Part shown: positions 21,626 through 40,100 of the stretch, in pieces
How positions within the stretch are numbered: position 1 is the stretch's first letter
How the letters are laid out: each line of letters opens with the position of its first letter
Source of the DNA: Acidiphilium sp.
Lineage (GTDB): Bacteria > Pseudomonadota > Alphaproteobacteria > Acetobacterales > Acetobacteraceae
DNA: 64,000 nucleotides
Direction: 5' to 3'
Assembly (NCBI GenBank): GCA_027449105.1
Contig: DAIDMG010000002.1
Coordinates: 7,201-71,200 of the forward strand
The notes under the pieces: model-generated
What the model saw: only the letters and a program-made list of their open reading frames with translations
The model's database searches: none
What the model was told of the DNA's origin: nothing
Made by a program: the position numbers and the translations under genes

Positions 21626-22184
21626 CGGCCTGAGCCTCCTTCTCGCGCTTCCCGAATAGGTCAGAGACCTTCTTGCCGCGTCGCGATGCGACCGAGCGCG
21701 GGCTTGCGCAATGCCCGAGCGCCGCAAAAGTTGCCTTCACCATGTTGTGCGGATTGCGACTACCCAGCGACTTCGCCACGACATCGCCGATGCCAAGCGT
21801 TTCAAACACAGCACGCATGGGCCCCCCAGCAATAATGCCGGTCCCGGCTGGCGCCGAGCGCAACACAACATGCCCGGCGCCGAAGCTTCCTTCGACATCG
21901 TGATGCAGCGTCCGCCCCTCGCGCATCGGCACGCGGATCATTCCGCGCTTAGCGCGCTCTGTTGCCTTTCGAATTGCCTCCGGAACCTCTTTAGCCTTGC
22001 CCGCCCCGTAACCAACTCTACCTTTCTGATCTCCAACAACGACGAGAGCCGCGAACGCAAAGCGCCGACCTCCCTTCACGACCTTGGCGACGCGATTAAT
22101 CGTGACCAGCTTGTCAATAAGCTCGTCGCTATCTCGCTCGCGCTCGCGTTCGCGACCACGACCTTCGCGCGGTTCCCGTGCCAT
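21618..22184 (-). CDS. rpsE: 30S ribosomal protein S5
   Basis: [31 protein letters not shown]. Confidence 0.99.
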   Translation of the reverse strand: MAREPREGRGRERERERDSDELIDKLVTINRVAKVVKGGRRFAFAALVVVGDQKGRVGYGAGKAKEVPEAIRKATERAKRGMIRVPMREGRTLHHDVEGSFGAGHVVLRSAPAGTGIIAGGPMRAVFETLGIGDVVAKSLGSRNPHNMVKATFAALGHCASPRSVASRRGKKVSDLFGKREKEAQADA

Positions 22185-22194
22185 GCAATGCTCC

Positions 22195-22560
22195 TCAGAA
22201 ATCCAAGCCGCTCTCTCGAGCGGCTTCAGCCAGGGCCTTCACCCGGCCATGATACAAATAAGCGCCTCGATCAAACACGACTTGCAAAACTCCTGCTTCC
22301 TTGGCTCTTTCCGCAATTAGCTTGCCTACCGCCGCAGCAGCATTCTTATCTGCGCCTGTCCTCAACGCCTCGCGCAGGCCACGATCAAGCGAAGAAGCCG
22401 ATGCCAAGGTCCGCCCTGCAGCGTCGTCGATAACCTGGGCGTAGATATGTTTCCCCGAACGGAACACCGACAATCGTGGACGACCAGCCGATCTCCGACG
22501 AAGCTGGTACCGCAGTCGATTCCGTCGCCGGGTTTCCTTATCCAAGGTTGCACTAGTCAT
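22195..22560 (-). CDS. rplR: 50S ribosomal protein L18
   Basis: [31 protein letters not shown]. Confidence 0.99.
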   Translation of the reverse strand: MTSATLDKETRRRNRLRYQLRRRSAGRPRLSVFRSGKHIYAQVIDDAAGRTLASASSLDRGLREALRTGADKNAAAAVGKLIAERAKEAGVLQVVFDRGAYLYHGRVKALAEAARESGLDF

Positions 22561-23090
22561 TTCTTCTTGCCTTCCTTCCGCCGGATCGCTTCGCCTTCGA
22601 ATTTTACGCCCTTCCCTTTGTATGGCTCGGGCGGGCGATATGCGCGGATTTCAGCAGCCACCTGGCCAACGAGGCGCTTGTCCACTCCTTCAATTTTGAT
22701 CGAGGTAGGCTTTTCGCAGGTGATCCTAATACCTGCAGGAATCGGATATATTACATCGTGCGAAAAACCAAGGTTGACCACCAGATTGCTGCCCTGAACA
22801 GCGGCCCGAAATCCTGTTCCGGTAATCTCAAGCGTCTTCGAATACCCTTCCGAAACGCCCCTGACCATATTGGCAACAATGGCACGAGTCGTGCCCCACA
22901 TCATTCGTGCCATACGCTCCCCGTTTCGCGGGGATACCGAGAAGCTTTTCCCCTCAATCTTCGCTTCGACCGCGTCGTGAATCGGGGCAGTCAATGTTCC
23001 GAGCTTACCCTTCGCAGTCAGAACACCGCTCGCGAGCCTTAGTTCAACCCCGTTCGGGATTTCCACCGGATATTTACCAACCCGTGACAT
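22557..23090 (-). CDS. rplF: 50S ribosomal protein L6
   Basis: [19 protein letters not shown]. Confidence 0.99.
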   Translation of the reverse strand: MSRVGKYPVEIPNGVELRLASGVLTAKGKLGTLTAPIHDAVEAKIEGKSFSVSPRNGERMARMMWGTTRAIVANMVRGVSEGYSKTLEITGTGFRAAVQGSNLVVNLGFSHDVIYPIPAGIRITCEKPTSIKIEGVDKRLVGQVAAEIRAYRPPEPYKGKGVKFEGEAIRRKEGKKK

Positions 23091-23102
23091 CGCGATCGCT
23101 CC

Positions 23103-23501
23103 TTAAAACACCCGACACAACACTTCACCGCCCACATTCGCTGCGCGCGCCTCGACGTCGCTCATCACCCCTCGCGGCGTCGACAAAATGGATATCCCGA
23201 GCCCTGCGTAGACTCGAGGTAATTCCTTAATTTTCGAATAGACGCGTCTTCCAGGCCGCGACACCCGAGTGATTTCCTTAATTACCGGCTCCCCCTCGTT
23301 ATATTTTAACTCGATACGCAGGTGCGCCACTCCTGGACGCATTTCCTCAGTAGAGAATCCGCGAATAAACCCTTCACGCTTCAAAACCTCCAGAACACTG
23401 GCGCGCAAGCGCGAAGCCGGGGCAATGCACGCTGATTGCCGTGCCCGTTGGGCATTACGGATGCGGGTGAGCATATCACCCAGCGGATCAGACATCGACA
23501 T
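23103..23501 (-). CDS. rpsH: 30S ribosomal protein S8
   Basis: [27 protein letters not shown]. Confidence 0.99.
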   Translation of the reverse strand: MSMSDPLGDMLTRIRNAQRARQSACIAPASRLRASVLEVLKREGFIRGFSTEEMRPGVAHLRIELKYNEGEPVIKEITRVSRPGRRVYSKIKELPRVYAGLGISILSTPRGVMSDVEARAANVGGEVLCRVF

Positions 23502-23515
23502 CGACTCTCCTCCGC

Positions 23516-23821
23516 TTACCAGCTCGCCTTGACGACGCCCGGGATACGCCCAGTGCTCGCAAGATCACGGAATGCAATACGGCATAGCTTGAATTTCCGA
23601 TAATTACCGCGAGCCCGGCCTGTCAGCTCGCAACGCAGGCGCACTCGAACCTTTGCGCCGCCCCTTGGCAATTGCGCGAGCTTGAGAGTTGCATCAAAGC
23701 GCTCTTCGACAGGCAACGAACGGTCCATCACGATTGCCTTTAATGCCGCCCTCTTTTGAGCATCACGCGCCACCATCCTGGCCCGTCTGTTATTCCGATT
23801 GACCTGTGAGGTCTTCGCCAT
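23516..23821 (-). CDS. rpsN: 30S ribosomal protein S14 (long, Zn-independent form)
   Basis: 101 aa, [26 protein letters not shown]. Confidence 0.98.
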   Translation of the reverse strand: MAKTSQVNRNNRRARMVARDAQKRAALKAIVMDRSLPVEERFDATLKLAQLPRGGAKVRVRLRCELTGRARGNYRKFKLCRIAFRDLASTGRIPGVVKASW

Positions 23822-23895
23822 CGCTTTTTACCCTCCGGAACCTGCCGGTCCGACCCGGCGGTTTTCCAAAAATAGATGTTATTCGATCACTCCGT

Positions 23896-24453
23896 TCAAT
23901 TAGCGAACGGCAAGTCGAACCCCTTTAACAGTGCCTTGGCCTCCGCATCGGTCTTCGCCGTGGTAACGAATACAATATCCATCCCTCGTACAGCATCGAC
24001 CTTGTCATACTCGATTTCGGGGAAAACAATTTGCTCTTTCATCCCCATCGCAAAATTTCCGCGGCCATCAAACCCTCTACCAACAATGCCTCGAAAATCT
24101 CGCACTCTCGGCAGGGCTATAGTCACCAGGCGATCAAGAAATTCATACATCCTCGCCCTGCGCAATGTAACCTTGCAACCAATCGGGAGCCCTTTTCGAA
24201 TCTTAAACCCCGCGATCGCCTTTTTTGCGACGGTTTTGACAGGCCTTTGACCAGCAATTAGCGTCAACTCCGCAAAGGCCGCATCCAGCTTCTTCTGATC
24301 GGCCGCCGCCTCACCGACTCCCATGTTGATGACAATCTTCTCAAGCTTCGGCACCTCCATTACGTTTCCGTAACCGAATTGCTTTTGAAGCGCGGGACGA
24401 ATCTTCTCTTCGTATTGCGCATGTAGCCGGGTTCTCGCAGTCTTTTCGGTCAT
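23896..24453 (-). CDS. rplE: 50S ribosomal protein L5
   Basis: [38 protein letters not shown]. Confidence 0.99.
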   Translation of the reverse strand: MTEKTARTRLHAQYEEKIRPALQKQFGYGNVMEVPKLEKIVINMGVGEAAADQKKLDAAFAELTLIAGQRPVKTVAKKAIAGFKIRKGLPIGCKVTLRRARMYEFLDRLVTIALPRVRDFRGIVGRGFDGRGNFAMGMKEQIVFPEIEYDKVDAVRGMDIVFVTTAKTDAEAKALLKGFDLPFAN

Positions 24454-24463
24454 GTCTGGCCCC

Positions 24464-24784
24464 TTAGCCGTCAATCACAGAGTTGCTTTTACGAGCAACC
24501 CGAACCTTGCGACCGTCTTCAAGAATTCGGAAGCCGACGCGCGTCGCCTTCCCTGTCTCTGGATCAATTAACGCAATATTTGAGAGATCCACCGCCCGTT
24601 CCCGCTCAACGATTCCCCCCTGCTCTCCCACACTACGGGGCTTCGTGTGGCGTTTGGCGATCGCAATCCCTCGAACCACAGCGCGATTAACGGCCGGCAA
24701 AACGCGCAGAACTTCGCCCTGCCGCCCCTTATCGGCACCGGCAATCACGACGACTTTATCGCCTTTTCGAATGCGGGCAGCCAT
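24464..24784 (-). CDS. rplX: 50S ribosomal protein L24
   Basis: [18 protein letters not shown] motif. Confidence 0.99.
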   Translation of the reverse strand: MAARIRKGDKVVVIAGADKGRQGEVLRVLPAVNRAVVRGIAIAKRHTKPRSVGEQGGIVERERAVDLSNIALIDPETGKATRVGFRILEDGRKVRVARKSNSVIDG

Positions 24785-24785
24785 A

Positions 24786-25154
24786 TTACAACACCTCCGG
24801 CGCGAGCGAAATGATCTTCATGAACTTCCGCGCCCGCAACTCTCGCGTCACCGGACCAAAGATGCGTGTTCCAATTGGCTCATTTTGTTTATTGATAAGC
24901 ACAGCGGCGTTCCGATCAAAACGAATAACACTGCCGTCGCTCCGGCGCACCGGATAGGCTGTGCGCACGATTACAGCCTGGTGAACGTCCCCTTTTTTTA
25001 CTTTCCCCCTGGGGATCGCATCTTTGATCGACACGACAATGACATCCCCCACCGATGCGGTGCGGCGTTTCGACCCACCAAGAACTTTAATGCACTGCAC
25101 TTGGCGGGCACCGGAATTATCAGCCACATCGAGATTCGATTCGACGATGATCAT
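24786..25154 (-). CDS. rplN: 50S ribosomal protein L14
   Basis: [27 protein letters not shown]. Confidence 0.99.
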   Translation of the reverse strand: MIIVESNLDVADNSGARQVQCIKVLGGSKRRTASVGDVIVVSIKDAIPRGKVKKGDVHQAVIVRTAYPVRRSDGSVIRFDRNAAVLINKQNEPIGTRIFGPVTRELRARKFMKIISLAPEVL

Positions 25155-25155
25155 C

Positions 25156-25434
25156 TTAATTCCTCCGATCGGCTTCTATCGCCTCAGCGATTAACGCCTC
25201 GCCGTTTCGGGCGGTCACCATCCAAGCCTTCCGTTTACTAACAGGCGGGCATTCCTCGATTCTCACTTGGTCGCCAACCCGACATGCGTTCGCCTCATCG
25301 TGCGCTGCATATTTTTTTGAGCGCCGAATAAACTTCTTGTAAACAGGATGCATGACTCGACGCTCGACAACTACGGTCACCGTCTTGTCCATCTTGTCGC
25401 TCACGACTCGCCCGGTAAGGACGCGCTTCGGCAT
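25156..25434 (-). CDS. rpsQ: 30S ribosomal protein S17
   Basis: [23 protein letters not shown]. Confidence 0.99.
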   Translation of the reverse strand: MPKRVLTGRVVSDKMDKTVTVVVERRVMHPVYKKFIRRSKKYAAHDEANACRVGDQVRIEECPPVSKRKAWMVTARNGEALIAEAIEADRRN

Positions 25435-25447
25435 TGTATAAAACCCC

Positions 25448-25654
25448 TTAAACCTTGCTGGTAGCGCGAGCGCGCTCCGCCTGAATCGTCTTTACCCGCG
25501 CAACGTCGCGCCGCACTTTCCGAATCTGTGCCGTATTTTCTTGCTGCCCTGTCGCTCGCTGAAATCGCAGATTAAGCTGCTCACGCTTCAGTTCGATCAA
25601 CATTGCCTCAACCTCGTCTGGAGTCTTGACCCGAATATCATGCGCCCTGGTCAT
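25448..25654 (-). CDS. rpmC: 50S ribosomal protein L29
   Basis: Re-called start MTRAHDIR; [17 protein letters not shown]...IR.VRRDVAR.KT. Confidence 0.97.
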   Translation of the reverse strand: MTRAHDIRVKTPDEVEAMLIELKREQLNLRFQRATGQQENTAQIRKVRRDVARVKTIQAERARATSKV

Positions 25655-25655
25655 G

Positions 25656-26072
25656 TTACGCCTCCCCGATACGAGACACGATCTTCGTCCTAATTGGCAA
25701 TTTCGCCGCCCCAAGAGTTAGTGCCTCGCGGGCCAACACCTCGGAAACGCCGTCAATCTCGAACATGATCCGCCCTGGATGAACCCTGGCAACCCAGAAC
25801 TCCGGGCTGCCCTTGCCAGAACCCATACGAACTTCTGCTGGCTTTGTGGACACTGGTACATCGGGAAAGATCCGGATCCACACCCGCCCAGCGCGCTTCA
25901 TTTGGCGAGTAATCGCTCGACGAGCCGCTTCGATTTGCCGCGCCGTTATCCGCTCAGGCTCAAGGGCTTTCAAGCCAAAGGCCCCGAAATTGAGCTGCGT
26001 GTTCCCCTTGGACAGGCCATGGATGCGGCCTTTGTGCGCCTTGCGGAACTTGGTGCGCTTTGGTTGCAGCAT
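25656..26072 (-). CDS. rplP: 50S ribosomal protein L16
   Basis: [20 protein letters not shown]. Confidence 0.99.
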   Translation of the reverse strand: MLQPKRTKFRKAHKGRIHGLSKGNTQLNFGAFGLKALEPERITARQIEAARRAITRQMKRAGRVWIRIFPDVPVSTKPAEVRMGSGKGSPEFWVARVHPGRIMFEIDGVSEVLAREALTLGAAKLPIRTKIVSRIGEA

Positions 26073-26087
26073 ATTCCTTATCTCTCC

Positions 26088-26765
26088 TCAGCGCTGCGGC
26101 GCCTGTTCCGCAGCGCGCTTATCCTGCGCTAACGGGTCGTGGGCCATGATCTCACCCTTGAAAATCCACACCTTAACACCGCAGGTGCCATACGTGGTTT
26201 TTGCTGTGGCAATACCGAAATCAACATCTGCACGCAGGGTGTGCAGCGGCACTCTACCTTCTCGATACCATTCAACTCGCGCGATTTCCGCGCCGCCAAG
26301 CCGCCCGCCACAATTAATCCGTATTCCCTGAGCACCCAACCGCATGGCTGATTGCACGGCACGCTTCATAGCACGCCGAAATGCCACGCGTCGTTCAAGC
26401 TGCTGTGCGATGTTTTCGGCAACAAGAGTCGCATCGATTTCAGGTTTGCGAATCTCGACGATGTTTAACGACACCTCTGCATCCGCCATAACCGACAAGT
26501 CTTTCTTTAAGGCATCAATATCTTGACCCTTTTTCCCTATCACCACACCGGGTCGCGCTGCGTAGATCGTCACACGAGGTTTCTTCGCAGGCCGCTCAAT
26601 AATCACCTTCGACACGCCCGCGCCGGACAGGCGCTTTCTCAGATACTCTCGCAATTTGATGTCGCCATGAAGCAAAGTCGCGTAGTCAGCGCCCGCAAAC
26701 CATCGACTATCCCACGTGCGGTTGATGCCAAGCCGGAGCCCAACCGGATTAACCTTGTGACCCAT
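26088..26765 (-). CDS. rpsC: 30S ribosomal protein S3
   Basis: [33 protein letters not shown]. Confidence 0.99.
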   Translation of the reverse strand: MGHKVNPVGLRLGINRTWDSRWFAGADYATLLHGDIKLREYLRKRLSGAGVSKVIIERPAKKPRVTIYAARPGVVIGKKGQDIDALKKDLSVMADAEVSLNIVEIRKPEIDATLVAENIAQQLERRVAFRRAMKRAVQSAMRLGAQGIRINCGGRLGGAEIARVEWYREGRVPLHTLRADVDFGIATAKTTYGTCGVKVWIFKGEIMAHDPLAQDKRAAEQAPQR

Positions 26766-27217
26766 TACGCTTCCGCCCCTTCATTCGTGACCACCGCTTC
26801 CTTCACCTTCAACCGGCCGACCGAACGCCGCTGCGATTTCGTTTCAATATCCTTTTCAGCCACAACCACGCGAAGATGACTAAACCATTTTTCCACCCGC
26901 GCCGCCTTGCCACGACCACGCGCATGAAAGCGGCGCATCACTATCGCACGCCCGACGTCCGCGGTAGTCACAACCAACCGGTCGACGTCCAGCTGGTGAT
27001 TATTTTCAGCGTTCGCGATCGCACTTTCTAAAACCTTTTTGACCTCTCGCGCGATCCTTCGTTTACTAAACGTCAACGTCGCAAGCGCACGCCCAGCAGG
27101 CAAGTTCCGGATAGACGCCGCCACAAGATTCAGTTTGCGAGGGCTGACGCGCATGTTACGCATCACCGCTTCAGCCTCGGTCTCAGCTAACGCGCGCGGG
27201 TGTCCTGTTTTACTCAT
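26765..27217 (-). CDS. rplV: 50S ribosomal protein L22
   Basis: [27 protein letters not shown]. Start re-called to MSKTGH. Confidence 0.98.
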   Translation of the reverse strand: MSKTGHPRALAETEAEAVMRNMRVSPRKLNLVAASIRNLPAGRALATLTFSKRRIAREVKKVLESAIANAENNHQLDVDRLVVTTADVGRAIVMRRFHARGRGKAARVEKWFSHLRVVVAEKDIETKSQRRSVGRLKVKEAVVTNEGAEA

Positions 27218-27218
27218 C

Positions 27219-27497
27219 TCAGCCTCGCTTCGCCTTCTTGTCACCCGAGTGACCCGTAAAAGTCCGGGTCGGTGCAAACTCGCCAAACTTGTGGCCGACC
27301 ATGTTCTCACTCACCTGAACGGGCAGAAATTTGCGGCCATTGTATACACCAAACGTCAGCCCCACGAACTGAGGAAGAATGGTCGACCGGCGCGACCATA
27401 TCTTGATGATCTCGTTCCGGCCCGACGCGCGTGCTGCTTCGGTTTTTCCGAGCAGATAGCCGTCTACGAATGGCCCTTTCCAAACTGAACGCGTCAT
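27219..27497 (-). CDS. rpsS: 30S ribosomal protein S19
   Basis: [26 protein letters not shown]. Confidence 0.99.
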   Translation of the reverse strand: MTRSVWKGPFVDGYLLGKTEAARASGRNEIIKIWSRRSTILPQFVGLTFGVYNGRKFLPVQVSENMVGHKFGEFAPTRTFTGHSGDKKAKRG

Positions 27498-27499
27498 TG

Positions 27500-28333
27500 T
27501 TAGCCCTTTCCGCCCTTACGTCCACGGATAATCAAGCCATCCGTCCGCTTGTTGGCGCGTGTCTTGTAACCTTTGGTTGGTTTTCCCCACGGCGTTACCG
27601 GATGGCGGCCGCCAGAAGTCCGCCCTTCGCCGCCGCCCAGAGGATGATCGACCGGATTCATTGCCACGCCACGGTTGTGCGGCCGCCTACCCAGCCAGCG
27701 CTTACGCCCCGCCTTCCCAAGCTGCTCATTTTGATGGTCCGGATTAGACACCGCCCCGATCGACGCCATGCACTCCCCGCGCACAAGGCGCAGTTCCCCA
27801 GACATCAATTTAACCTGAGCATAACCCTGATCTTTTCCAACAAGCTGCGCAAACGTTCCGGCCGACCGCGCTATCTTACCCCCCGCCCCAGGTTTCATTT
27901 CAATATTATGCACAATCGTCCCAACCGGGATCGCCGCCAAAGGCATCGCGTTGCCTGGCTTAATATCGACTTTCGTACCAGACAGAACCTGATCCCCTAC
28001 TGCTAAACGTTGGGGTGCAAGGATATACGCCAGTTCCCCGTCCGCGTATTTAATCAGCGCCAAGAATGCCGATCGGTTCGGATCGTATTCCAAGCGTTCG
28101 ACCTTCCCCACCACATCGAATTTCCGCCGCTTGAAATCAACTACCCGGTATGCGCGCTTGTGCCCACCCCCACGGAACCGGCTCGTTGTGCGGCCATGAT
28201 TGTTACGGCCACCTGTCGAATGTTTCCCTTCGGTCAGAGCCTTGACTGGTTTTCCTTTCCAGAGCTCGGCGCGATCGATCAGAACCGTGCCCCGCAGGCT
28301 CGCCGTGACCGGTTTGAAATGTCTCAGTGCCAT
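27500..28333 (-). CDS. rplB: 50S ribosomal protein L2
   Basis: [30 protein letters not shown]. Confidence 0.99.
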   Translation of the reverse strand: MALRHFKPVTASLRGTVLIDRAELWKGKPVKALTEGKHSTGGRNNHGRTTSRFRGGGHKRAYRVVDFKRRKFDVVGKVERLEYDPNRSAFLALIKYADGELAYILAPQRLAVGDQVLSGTKVDIKPGNAMPLAAIPVGTIVHNIEMKPGAGGKIARSAGTFAQLVGKDQGYAQVKLMSGELRLVRGECMASIGAVSNPDHQNEQLGKAGRKRWLGRRPHNRGVAMNPVDHPLGGGEGRTSGGRHPVTPWGKPTKGYKTRANKRTDGLIIRGRKGGKG

Positions 28334-28347
28334 TGCCTAGCTCCGCC

Positions 28348-28689
28348 TCATACTAACCGCGCGGTAAAATCAATTGACTGGCCTTCGGCCAGCGTTACAA
28401 TCGCCTTCTTGACGTCGACCCGGCGACCAGGCCGCCCTTTGAACCGCTTGGTCTTTCCTTTTTGAACCACCGTGTTTACGCTTGTCACTTTGACACCGAA
28501 CAGTCCTTCAACCGACGCCTTGATAATCGGCTTGGTCGCGCTTGGTGATACCTTAAAAACAACCTGGTTTACCTCAGAAAGCGCCGTCGATTTCTCAGTA
28601 ACTACCGGCCCGCGAATCACATCAAACATGGCCTCGCGAGACAGGACCGGTTTTGCTAGTGCTGGCCGTTTTACCGAAGGGTCGCTCAT
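28348..28689 (-). CDS. rplW: 50S ribosomal protein L23
   Basis: [22 protein letters not shown]. Confidence 0.98.
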   Translation of the reverse strand: MSDPSVKRPALAKPVLSREAMFDVIRGPVVTEKSTALSEVNQVVFKVSPSATKPIIKASVEGLFGVKVTSVNTVVQKGKTKRFKGRPGRRVDVKKAIVTLAEGQSIDFTARLV

Positions 28690-29339
28690 GCTGCGCTCCC
28701 CTCACTCGGCGTGTCCCCGCCAAGGCGTCGCGTTAGAGCTTCAAGCCCCGCTGACGTAATGGCCAGCGTATCATGATCCACGATATCGTAGACATTGGCG
28801 CCAGCGACCGGCAAAACGTCTATCCCAACCAGATTGCGACTGGCGCGAGCAAAATTCTTATCCACGACAGAATCAACGAAAAGCGTCTTGCCCCAACCCA
28901 GCTTTCTCAGCTTGGCGTTCAACTCTTTGGTCTTTGCAACACCTTCTACCGAGTCTAAAATGACGACCTTGCCCTCAAGCGCCTTCTGCGAAAGCGCGAA
29001 AACTAAACCCAGACGCCGTACTTTTTTATTTAGCGAGTAGGCATGGTCACGGACCACAGGACCATGGACTACACCCCCCGTACGAAATTGGGGCGCGCGG
29101 AGACTTCCTTGGCGAGCGTGACCGGTCCCTTTCTGACGATACGGTTTCTTCGTCGTTCCCTGAACTTCGCCCATCCCTTTCGTCTTGTGAGTACCCGCAC
29201 GGCGCTTCGCAAGCTGCCAGTGCACAACTCGAGCGATGATATCGGGACGCGGCGTTGCACCAAAAAGCTCCTTAGGCAACTCAGCACGGCCCGCCTTCTC
29301 GGCATCCAAAGTCATGACATCGATTTCCATGCCGCCCAC
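28686..29339 (-). CDS. rplD: 50S ribosomal protein L4
   Basis: [29 protein letters not shown]. Start may be ATG 29330. Confidence 0.99.
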   Translation of the reverse strand: MGGMEIDVMTLDAEKAGRAELPKELFGATPRPDIIARVVHWQLAKRRAGTHKTKGMGEVQGTTKKPYRQKGTGHARQGSLRAPQFRTGGVVHGPVVRDHAYSLNKKVRRLGLVFALSQKALEGKVVILDSVEGVAKTKELNAKLRKLGWGKTLFVDSVVDKNFARASRNLVGIDVLPVAGANVYDIVDHDTLAITSAGLEALTRRLGGDTPSEGSAA

Positions 29340-29344
29340 CCCCT

Positions 29345-30019
29345 TTAGGCCTTTATTGCCGCAGGATAGACCGCGTCTGCGTGGCGTGGCCTTTTCATCG
29401 CATCGCGTACTAACACGAAACTGTTCTTTGCGCCCGGCACAGCGCCCTTAATCATGATCAGCCCACGCGGTTCATCGACCGCCACGACCTCAAGGTTAAG
29501 GGTTGTAACGCGCTCACACCCAAGATGCCCTGCCATCTTTTTGTTTTTGAAGGTCTTCCCTGGATCTTGGCGGTTGCCGGTCGATCCAAGGCTGCGATGG
29601 CTTATTGAAACACCGTGCGACGCTTCGAGCCCACGAAAGTTCCAGCGCTTCATACCGCCCGCAAATCCCTTGCCTTTGCTCACACCAGCGACGTCGACCT
29701 TTTGCCCCGCAACAAAATGCGCCGGCGATATGACCCGACCAACCTCCACCACCGCATCCTCAGCAACACGAAATTCTGCCAATCCCAACGCGGGCTCTAC
29801 TTTGGCTCGAGCAAAATGCCCCTTCATCGGCTTCGTTACGTTCTTGGTTTTTGCCCGACCAATACCAAGTTGGACGGCCGCGTAACCATCTGTTTCGATG
29901 CGCTTGGCTGCAATGACACGCACGTCATCCATGTGCAGTACCGTCACCGGTACATGCGTGCCGTCCTCCTTGAACAACCGGGTCATGCCCAGTTTTTTCG
30001 CGATCACACCCGTACGCAT
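29345..30019 (-). CDS. rplC: 50S ribosomal protein L3
   Basis: [29 protein letters not shown]. Confidence 0.99.
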   Translation of the reverse strand: MRTGVIAKKLGMTRLFKEDGTHVPVTVLHMDDVRVIAAKRIETDGYAAVQLGIGRAKTKNVTKPMKGHFARAKVEPALGLAEFRVAEDAVVEVGRVISPAHFVAGQKVDVAGVSKGKGFAGGMKRWNFRGLEASHGVSISHRSLGSTGNRQDPGKTFKNKKMAGHLGCERVTTLNLEVVAVDEPRGLIMIKGAVPGAKNSFVLVRDAMKRPRHADAVYPAAIKA

Positions 30020-30070
30020 CCCACGATTCCTAAATTCCTAAAATCCGGAGCCCAGCCCTGGACCATACAA

Positions 30071-30379
30071 TCAGATCTTGATCTCGACATCGACGCCCGC
30101 AGCAAGGTCGAGCTTCATCAGAGCATCCACCGTCTGTGCTGTTGGCTCGAGAATATCCAGGAGCCGTCGATGGGTTCGGATCTCGAACTGCTCACGGCTC
30201 TTTTTGTCAACATGCGGCGAGCGGTTGACGGTAAACCGCTCTATGTGAGTTGGCAGCGGAATTGGTCCCCGCACCTGCGCGCCCGTGCGCTTCGCTGTAT
30301 TTACGATCTCCTTTGTGCTGTTATCAAGCACGCGGTGATCATAAGCCTTCAGCCGAATGCGAATATTTTGACTGTCCAT
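30071..30379 (-). CDS. rpsJ: 30S ribosomal protein S10
   Basis: [33 protein letters not shown]. Confidence 0.99.
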   Translation of the reverse strand: MDSQNIRIRLKAYDHRVLDNSTKEIVNTAKRTGAQVRGPIPLPTHIERFTVNRSPHVDKKSREQFEIRTHRRLLDILEPTAQTVDALMKLDLAAGVDVEIKI

Positions 30380-30447
30380 CGTCTTGCCTATCGACTCTTG
30401 CACAAAGCGCGCGGGCGGAAGCCCCGTTTCAACTCCATGACCACGCG

Positions 30448-31635
30448 TTATTTCGTGATCTTTGCAACCACGCCGGAACCTACGGTGCGACCACCTTCGC
30501 GGATCGCAAAGCGGAGACCCTCATCCATCGCAATCGGCGCTATCAACTCCACCGAGACCGTCACGTTATCGCCCGGCATAACCATTTCGACACCATCAGG
30601 AAGCGTGACTACGCCCGTGACATCCGTGGTGCGGAAATAGAATTGCGGACGGTAATTTGTGAAGAACGGCGTATGCCGGCCACCCTCCTCCTTCGTCAAA
30701 ATATACACCTGAGCAGAAAAGTTGGTATGCGGCGTAATCGAGCCTGGCGCAGCAAGCACTTGACCCCGCTCCACATCTTCGCGCTTAGTGCCGCGGAGCA
30801 GCGCACCAATATTATCTCCCGCCTCGCCCTGATCGAGCAGCTTCCGGAACATTTCCACGCCGGTGACGGTTGTCTTAACCGTGGGCTTCAGCCCGACAAT
30901 CTCGACTTCATCACCCACCTTTATGACGCCTCGCTCAACACGGCCAGTAACGACTGTGCCGCGACCGGAGATGGAAAATACGTCTTCTACCGGCATCAGG
31001 AACGGCTTGTCCTTTGGACGCTCGGGCTGAGGAATGTACTCGTCGACCGCCTTCATCAGCGCCAGGATCGCCTGCTCGCCGATCTCGGGATTTTTGTCTT
31101 CCAGCGCGGCCATCGCAGAGCCCTTGATGATTGGAATATCATCGCCCGGGAAATCATACTTGCTGAGCAGTTCCCGCACTTCCATCTCGACCAACTCAAC
31201 CAGATCCGGGTCGGCGAGATCCATCTTGTTGAGAAACACAACGAGAGCGGGCACACCAACCTGGCGTGCGAGCAAGATGTGCTCGCGGGTCTGTGGCATC
31301 GGGCCATCCGCAGCGGAGACTACCAAAATCGCACCATCCATCTGCGCCGCGCCGGTAATCATATTCTTCACGTAATCCGCATGCCCAGGGCAATCGACAT
31401 GGGCGTAGTGGCGGTTTGCGGTTTCATATTCCACGTGCGCAGTCGCGATTGTGATACCGCGAGCGCGTTCCTCGGGAGCCTTGTCGATCTGATCGTAGGC
31501 CGTAAAGGTCGCCCCACCTGTCTTGGCGAGCACCTTCGTGATTGCCGCCGTCAGCGAGGTCTTTCCATGATCGACGTGACCGATCGTGCCGATGTTGCAG
31601 TGCGGCTTGTTCCGCTCAAATTTAGCCTTGGCCAT
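30448..31635 (-). CDS. tuf: elongation factor Tu
   Basis: [29 protein letters not shown]. Confidence 0.99.
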   Translation of the reverse strand: MAKAKFERNKPHCNIGTIGHVDHGKTSLTAAITKVLAKTGGATFTAYDQIDKAPEERARGITIATAHVEYETANRHYAHVDCPGHADYVKNMITGAAQMDGAILVVSAADGPMPQTREHILLARQVGVPALVVFLNKMDLADPDLVELVEMEVRELLSKYDFPGDDIPIIKGSAMAALEDKNPEIGEQAILALMKAVDEYIPQPERPKDKPFLMPVEDVFSISGRGTVVTGRVERGVIKVGDEVEIVGLKPTVKTTVTGVEMFRKLLDQGEAGDNIGALLRGTKREDVERGQVLAAPGSITPHTNFSAQVYILTKEEGGRHTPFFTNYRPQFYFRTTDVTGVVTLPDGVEMVMPGDNVTVSVELIAPIAMDEGLRFAIREGGRTVGSGVVAKITK

Positions 31636-31715
31636 CTTCGGTGTCTCCGTAACGTGTCTCTGGCCGCATCACGTCGATGCGGGATGGTGTTTAAGTGGTT
31701 TGACTTAGCCCTTGC

Positions 31716-32575
<860 letters not shown>

Positions 32576-32842
32576 CTTCGATCCTTTTTCCGCACACGGA
32601 GCAGTGTTCATACCGGCCGCTCACACCAAACACCGCAGGGTGGAGTTTATCCTCCACCTACGGAAACCCAAACCTGCGACCTAAGCCACGTCATAACGAC
32701 CGGCGGCGCCGCAAGCTGAGAATGAGTGAACAGCGTGACTGGCGAAACGCAACCCCGCTGAGAGCGGCACCCTTAAGAGCAGGGCGTTCGCAAGTCAAGC
32801 ACCAGCATCGATGCAACGCCATTGAAATAAGGCGAAATAAAG

Positions 32843-32875
32843 AAAAAAGGCCGGAGATGCGCTTTCTCCGGCCTT
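32843..32875 (-). terminator. intrinsic terminator after rpoC
   Basis: GGCCGGAGA/TCTCCGGCC stem followed by TTTTTT on the minus strand. Confidence 0.85.
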
Positions 32876-32904
32876 CATCAAAGCGACCCAGCTATGCGCC
32901 GCTA

Positions 32905-37080
<4,176 letters not shown>

Positions 37081-37147
37081 TCAGGAGCCACGCAATCGAG
37101 CTTGCATGGCGCTATCGCCGTTAACGTGCCTGTCAACAAGTATGAGG

Positions 37148-40100
37148 TCAGGATGCCGACTGATCGAGATCGACATTCAAACCGAGTGCCTTCAGTTCCT
37201 TAGTGAGAACGTTGAAGCTTTCGGGCACGCCAGCTTCGAAGCTATCCTGCTCGCGCACAATAGCTTCGTAGACCTTGGTACGACCGGAAACATCGTCTGA
37301 CTTCACTGTCAGCATCTCCTGCAAGGTGTATGCGGCGCCGTAGGCTTCCAGAGCCCACACCTCCATCTCACCAAAGCGCTGCCCTCCAAACTGCGCCTTG
37401 CCGCCCAACGGCTGCTGGGTAACGAGACTGTAAGGGCCGATTGAACGCGCGTGAATCTTGTCGTCGACCATATGACCAAGCTTAAGCATGTACATATAGC
37501 CAACGGTTACTTTACGCTCAAAGCGCTCTCCGGTCCGACCGTCGTAAACAAACATCTGCCCCGACACATCAAGACCGGCCTTCGCCAACATCGCCTCAAT
37601 GTCGGTGATACGAGCGCCATCAAAAACCGGCGTAGCAACCGGCACACCCTTACGGAGATTCCTGCAGAGTTCATCAAGTTCAACGTCGCTCATCCGCTCG
37701 ATCTCGCTCTCGAACACCGAGGCGCCGTAGACATCCTTCAATGTCTCCAAAACCGCCGCACGGGCCGCGGCCTGACGCCGATACTCGTCGTATAAATCGC
37801 CGATCTGCCGACCAAGATTGGCGCAAGCCCATCCAAGGTGGGTTTCCAGGATTTGCCCTACGTTCATCCGCGATGGAACACCAAGCGGATTTAACACAAC
37901 ATCGACGGGCGTTCCGTCGTCGAGGAATGGCATATCCTCGATCGGCACCACTTTCGATACCACACCCTTGTTGCCATGGCGTCCCGCCATCTTGTCACCC
38001 GGTTGCAGCTTGCGCTTCACTGCGACAAAGACCTTGACCATTTTCATCACGCCGGGCGGCATTTCATCGCCACGCTGTAGCTTCTCGACCTTGCTCTCGA
38101 AGCGATGCTGCAACCTGTGCACAGCAGCATCGAACTCTCGCTTTAATGTCTCGATTTCTCCCATTGCCACGTCGTCATGAACAGTCAGATTGCGCCATGC
38201 ACCACGCGGCACCTCCGCAAGCAGCGCCTCGTCAATGTCAGTGCCAGCCTTAAGTCCTTTGTTGCCAGCTCCAGTTTTCTGCCCAATCAATTTCTCACGA
38301 AGCCGATTGATAAAGGCGCGCTCCTGAATGGCGCGCTCATCGTCACGATCCTTGGCAAGGCGCTCAATTTCGGCCCGCTCAATCGCCAGTGCTCGTTCGT
38401 CTTTGTCGACGCCACGACGGTTAAACACCCGCACATCGACGACCGTTCCGGAGACTCCCGGCGGCAGCTTTAACGAGGTGTCGCGAACATCTGACGCCTT
38501 TTCACCGAAGATCGCTCGAAGCAACTTCTCCTCAGGAGTCATCGGGCTTTCACCCTTTGGGGTGACCTTTCCGACCAAGATGTCGCCGGGATTCACCTCG
38601 GCACCAACATAGACGATACCTGCCTCATCTAGATTGCGAAGCGCTTCCTCACCGACATTCGGAATATCACGAGTGATTTCCTCCTGGCCAAGCTTGGTAT
38701 CCCGAGCCATCACTTCGAATTCCTCGATATGAATCGAGGTAAACATGTCATCCCGGGCGATTCGTTCAGAAATCAGAATTGAATCCTCAAAATTATACCC
38801 GTTCCAGGGCATGAATGCGCACAGCACGTTGCGTCCTAGCGCCAGCTCGCCGAGCTCAGTCGACGGACCATCCGCAATGATCTCACCTTCCGCCACACGA
38901 TCACCAACCCGCACGAGTGGTCGCTGATTGATGCAGGTCGACTGATTGGAGCGCATGTATTTGCGGAGTCGATAAATATCGACACCGGCCGTCGAACCGT
39001 CGTCGGTAGTGGCCCGCACCACGATCCGGGCACCATCTATCTGGTCGACGATGCCCGCGCGCCGCGCAATGATTGTTGCGCCAGAGTCCCGCGCAACCGC
39101 AGCTTCCATTCCCGTACCAACCAGGGGGGCATCGGCTCGAATCAGTGGCACCGCCTGACGTTGCATGTTCGAACCCATCAAGGCGCGGTTAGCATCGTCG
39201 TTTTCTAGGAACGGAATCAGCGCCGCTGCCACCGACACCAGCTGCTTGGGCGAAACGTCAATGGCCGTAACCTCGTCCGGTCGCACCAAGCGAAAATCGC
39301 CGTTGCGGCGCACGGACACTAAATCCTCGGTCAGCGTGCCGTCTTCACGCTTTGGTGCATCGGCTTGCGCAACCGTAAGCTTGTCTTCCTCCATTGCCGA
39401 CAGATATTTGTAATCGTTCTGAACTTTACCGTCTCGGACCATACGGTACGGAGTCTCAATAAAGCCGTATTTGTTGACCTTTGCGTACGTTGCGAGCGAG
39501 TTGATTAGGCCAATATTCGGTCCCTCAGGCGTCTCGATCGGACAAATGCGGCCATAATGCGTCGGGTGTACGTCACGCACTTCAAATCCAGCGCGTTCAC
39601 GAGTAAGGCCACCCGGCCCAAGCGCAGACAATCGTCGTTTATGGGTTACTTCGGAGAGCGGATTCGTCTGATCCATAAACTGACTAAGTTGCGAAGACCC
39701 AAAAAATTCGCGAACAGCGGCTACGGCCGGCTTGGCGTTTATCAGATCGTGCGGCATGACACCATCAATGTCCACCGACCCCATCCGCTCGCGGATCGCC
39801 CGCTCCATTCGGAGCAGACCGATTCGATATTGATTTTCCATTAACTCGCCAACCGAACGCACCCGACGGTTACCCAAATTATCGATATCGTCGATTTGGC
39901 CACGACCATCTTTCAACTCGCAGAGAATCTGCACAGTCCGGAGGATGTCCTCTTTGCGGAGAACTCGCACTTGGTCATCACACTCTAGGCCAAGCCGCAT
40001 ATTCATTTTTACGCGACCCACCGAAGAAAGGTCGTAACGCTCTGGATCAAAGAAGAGGCCGCGCAATAGCGCTTCCGCAGTTTCGCTAGTTGGTGGCTCT

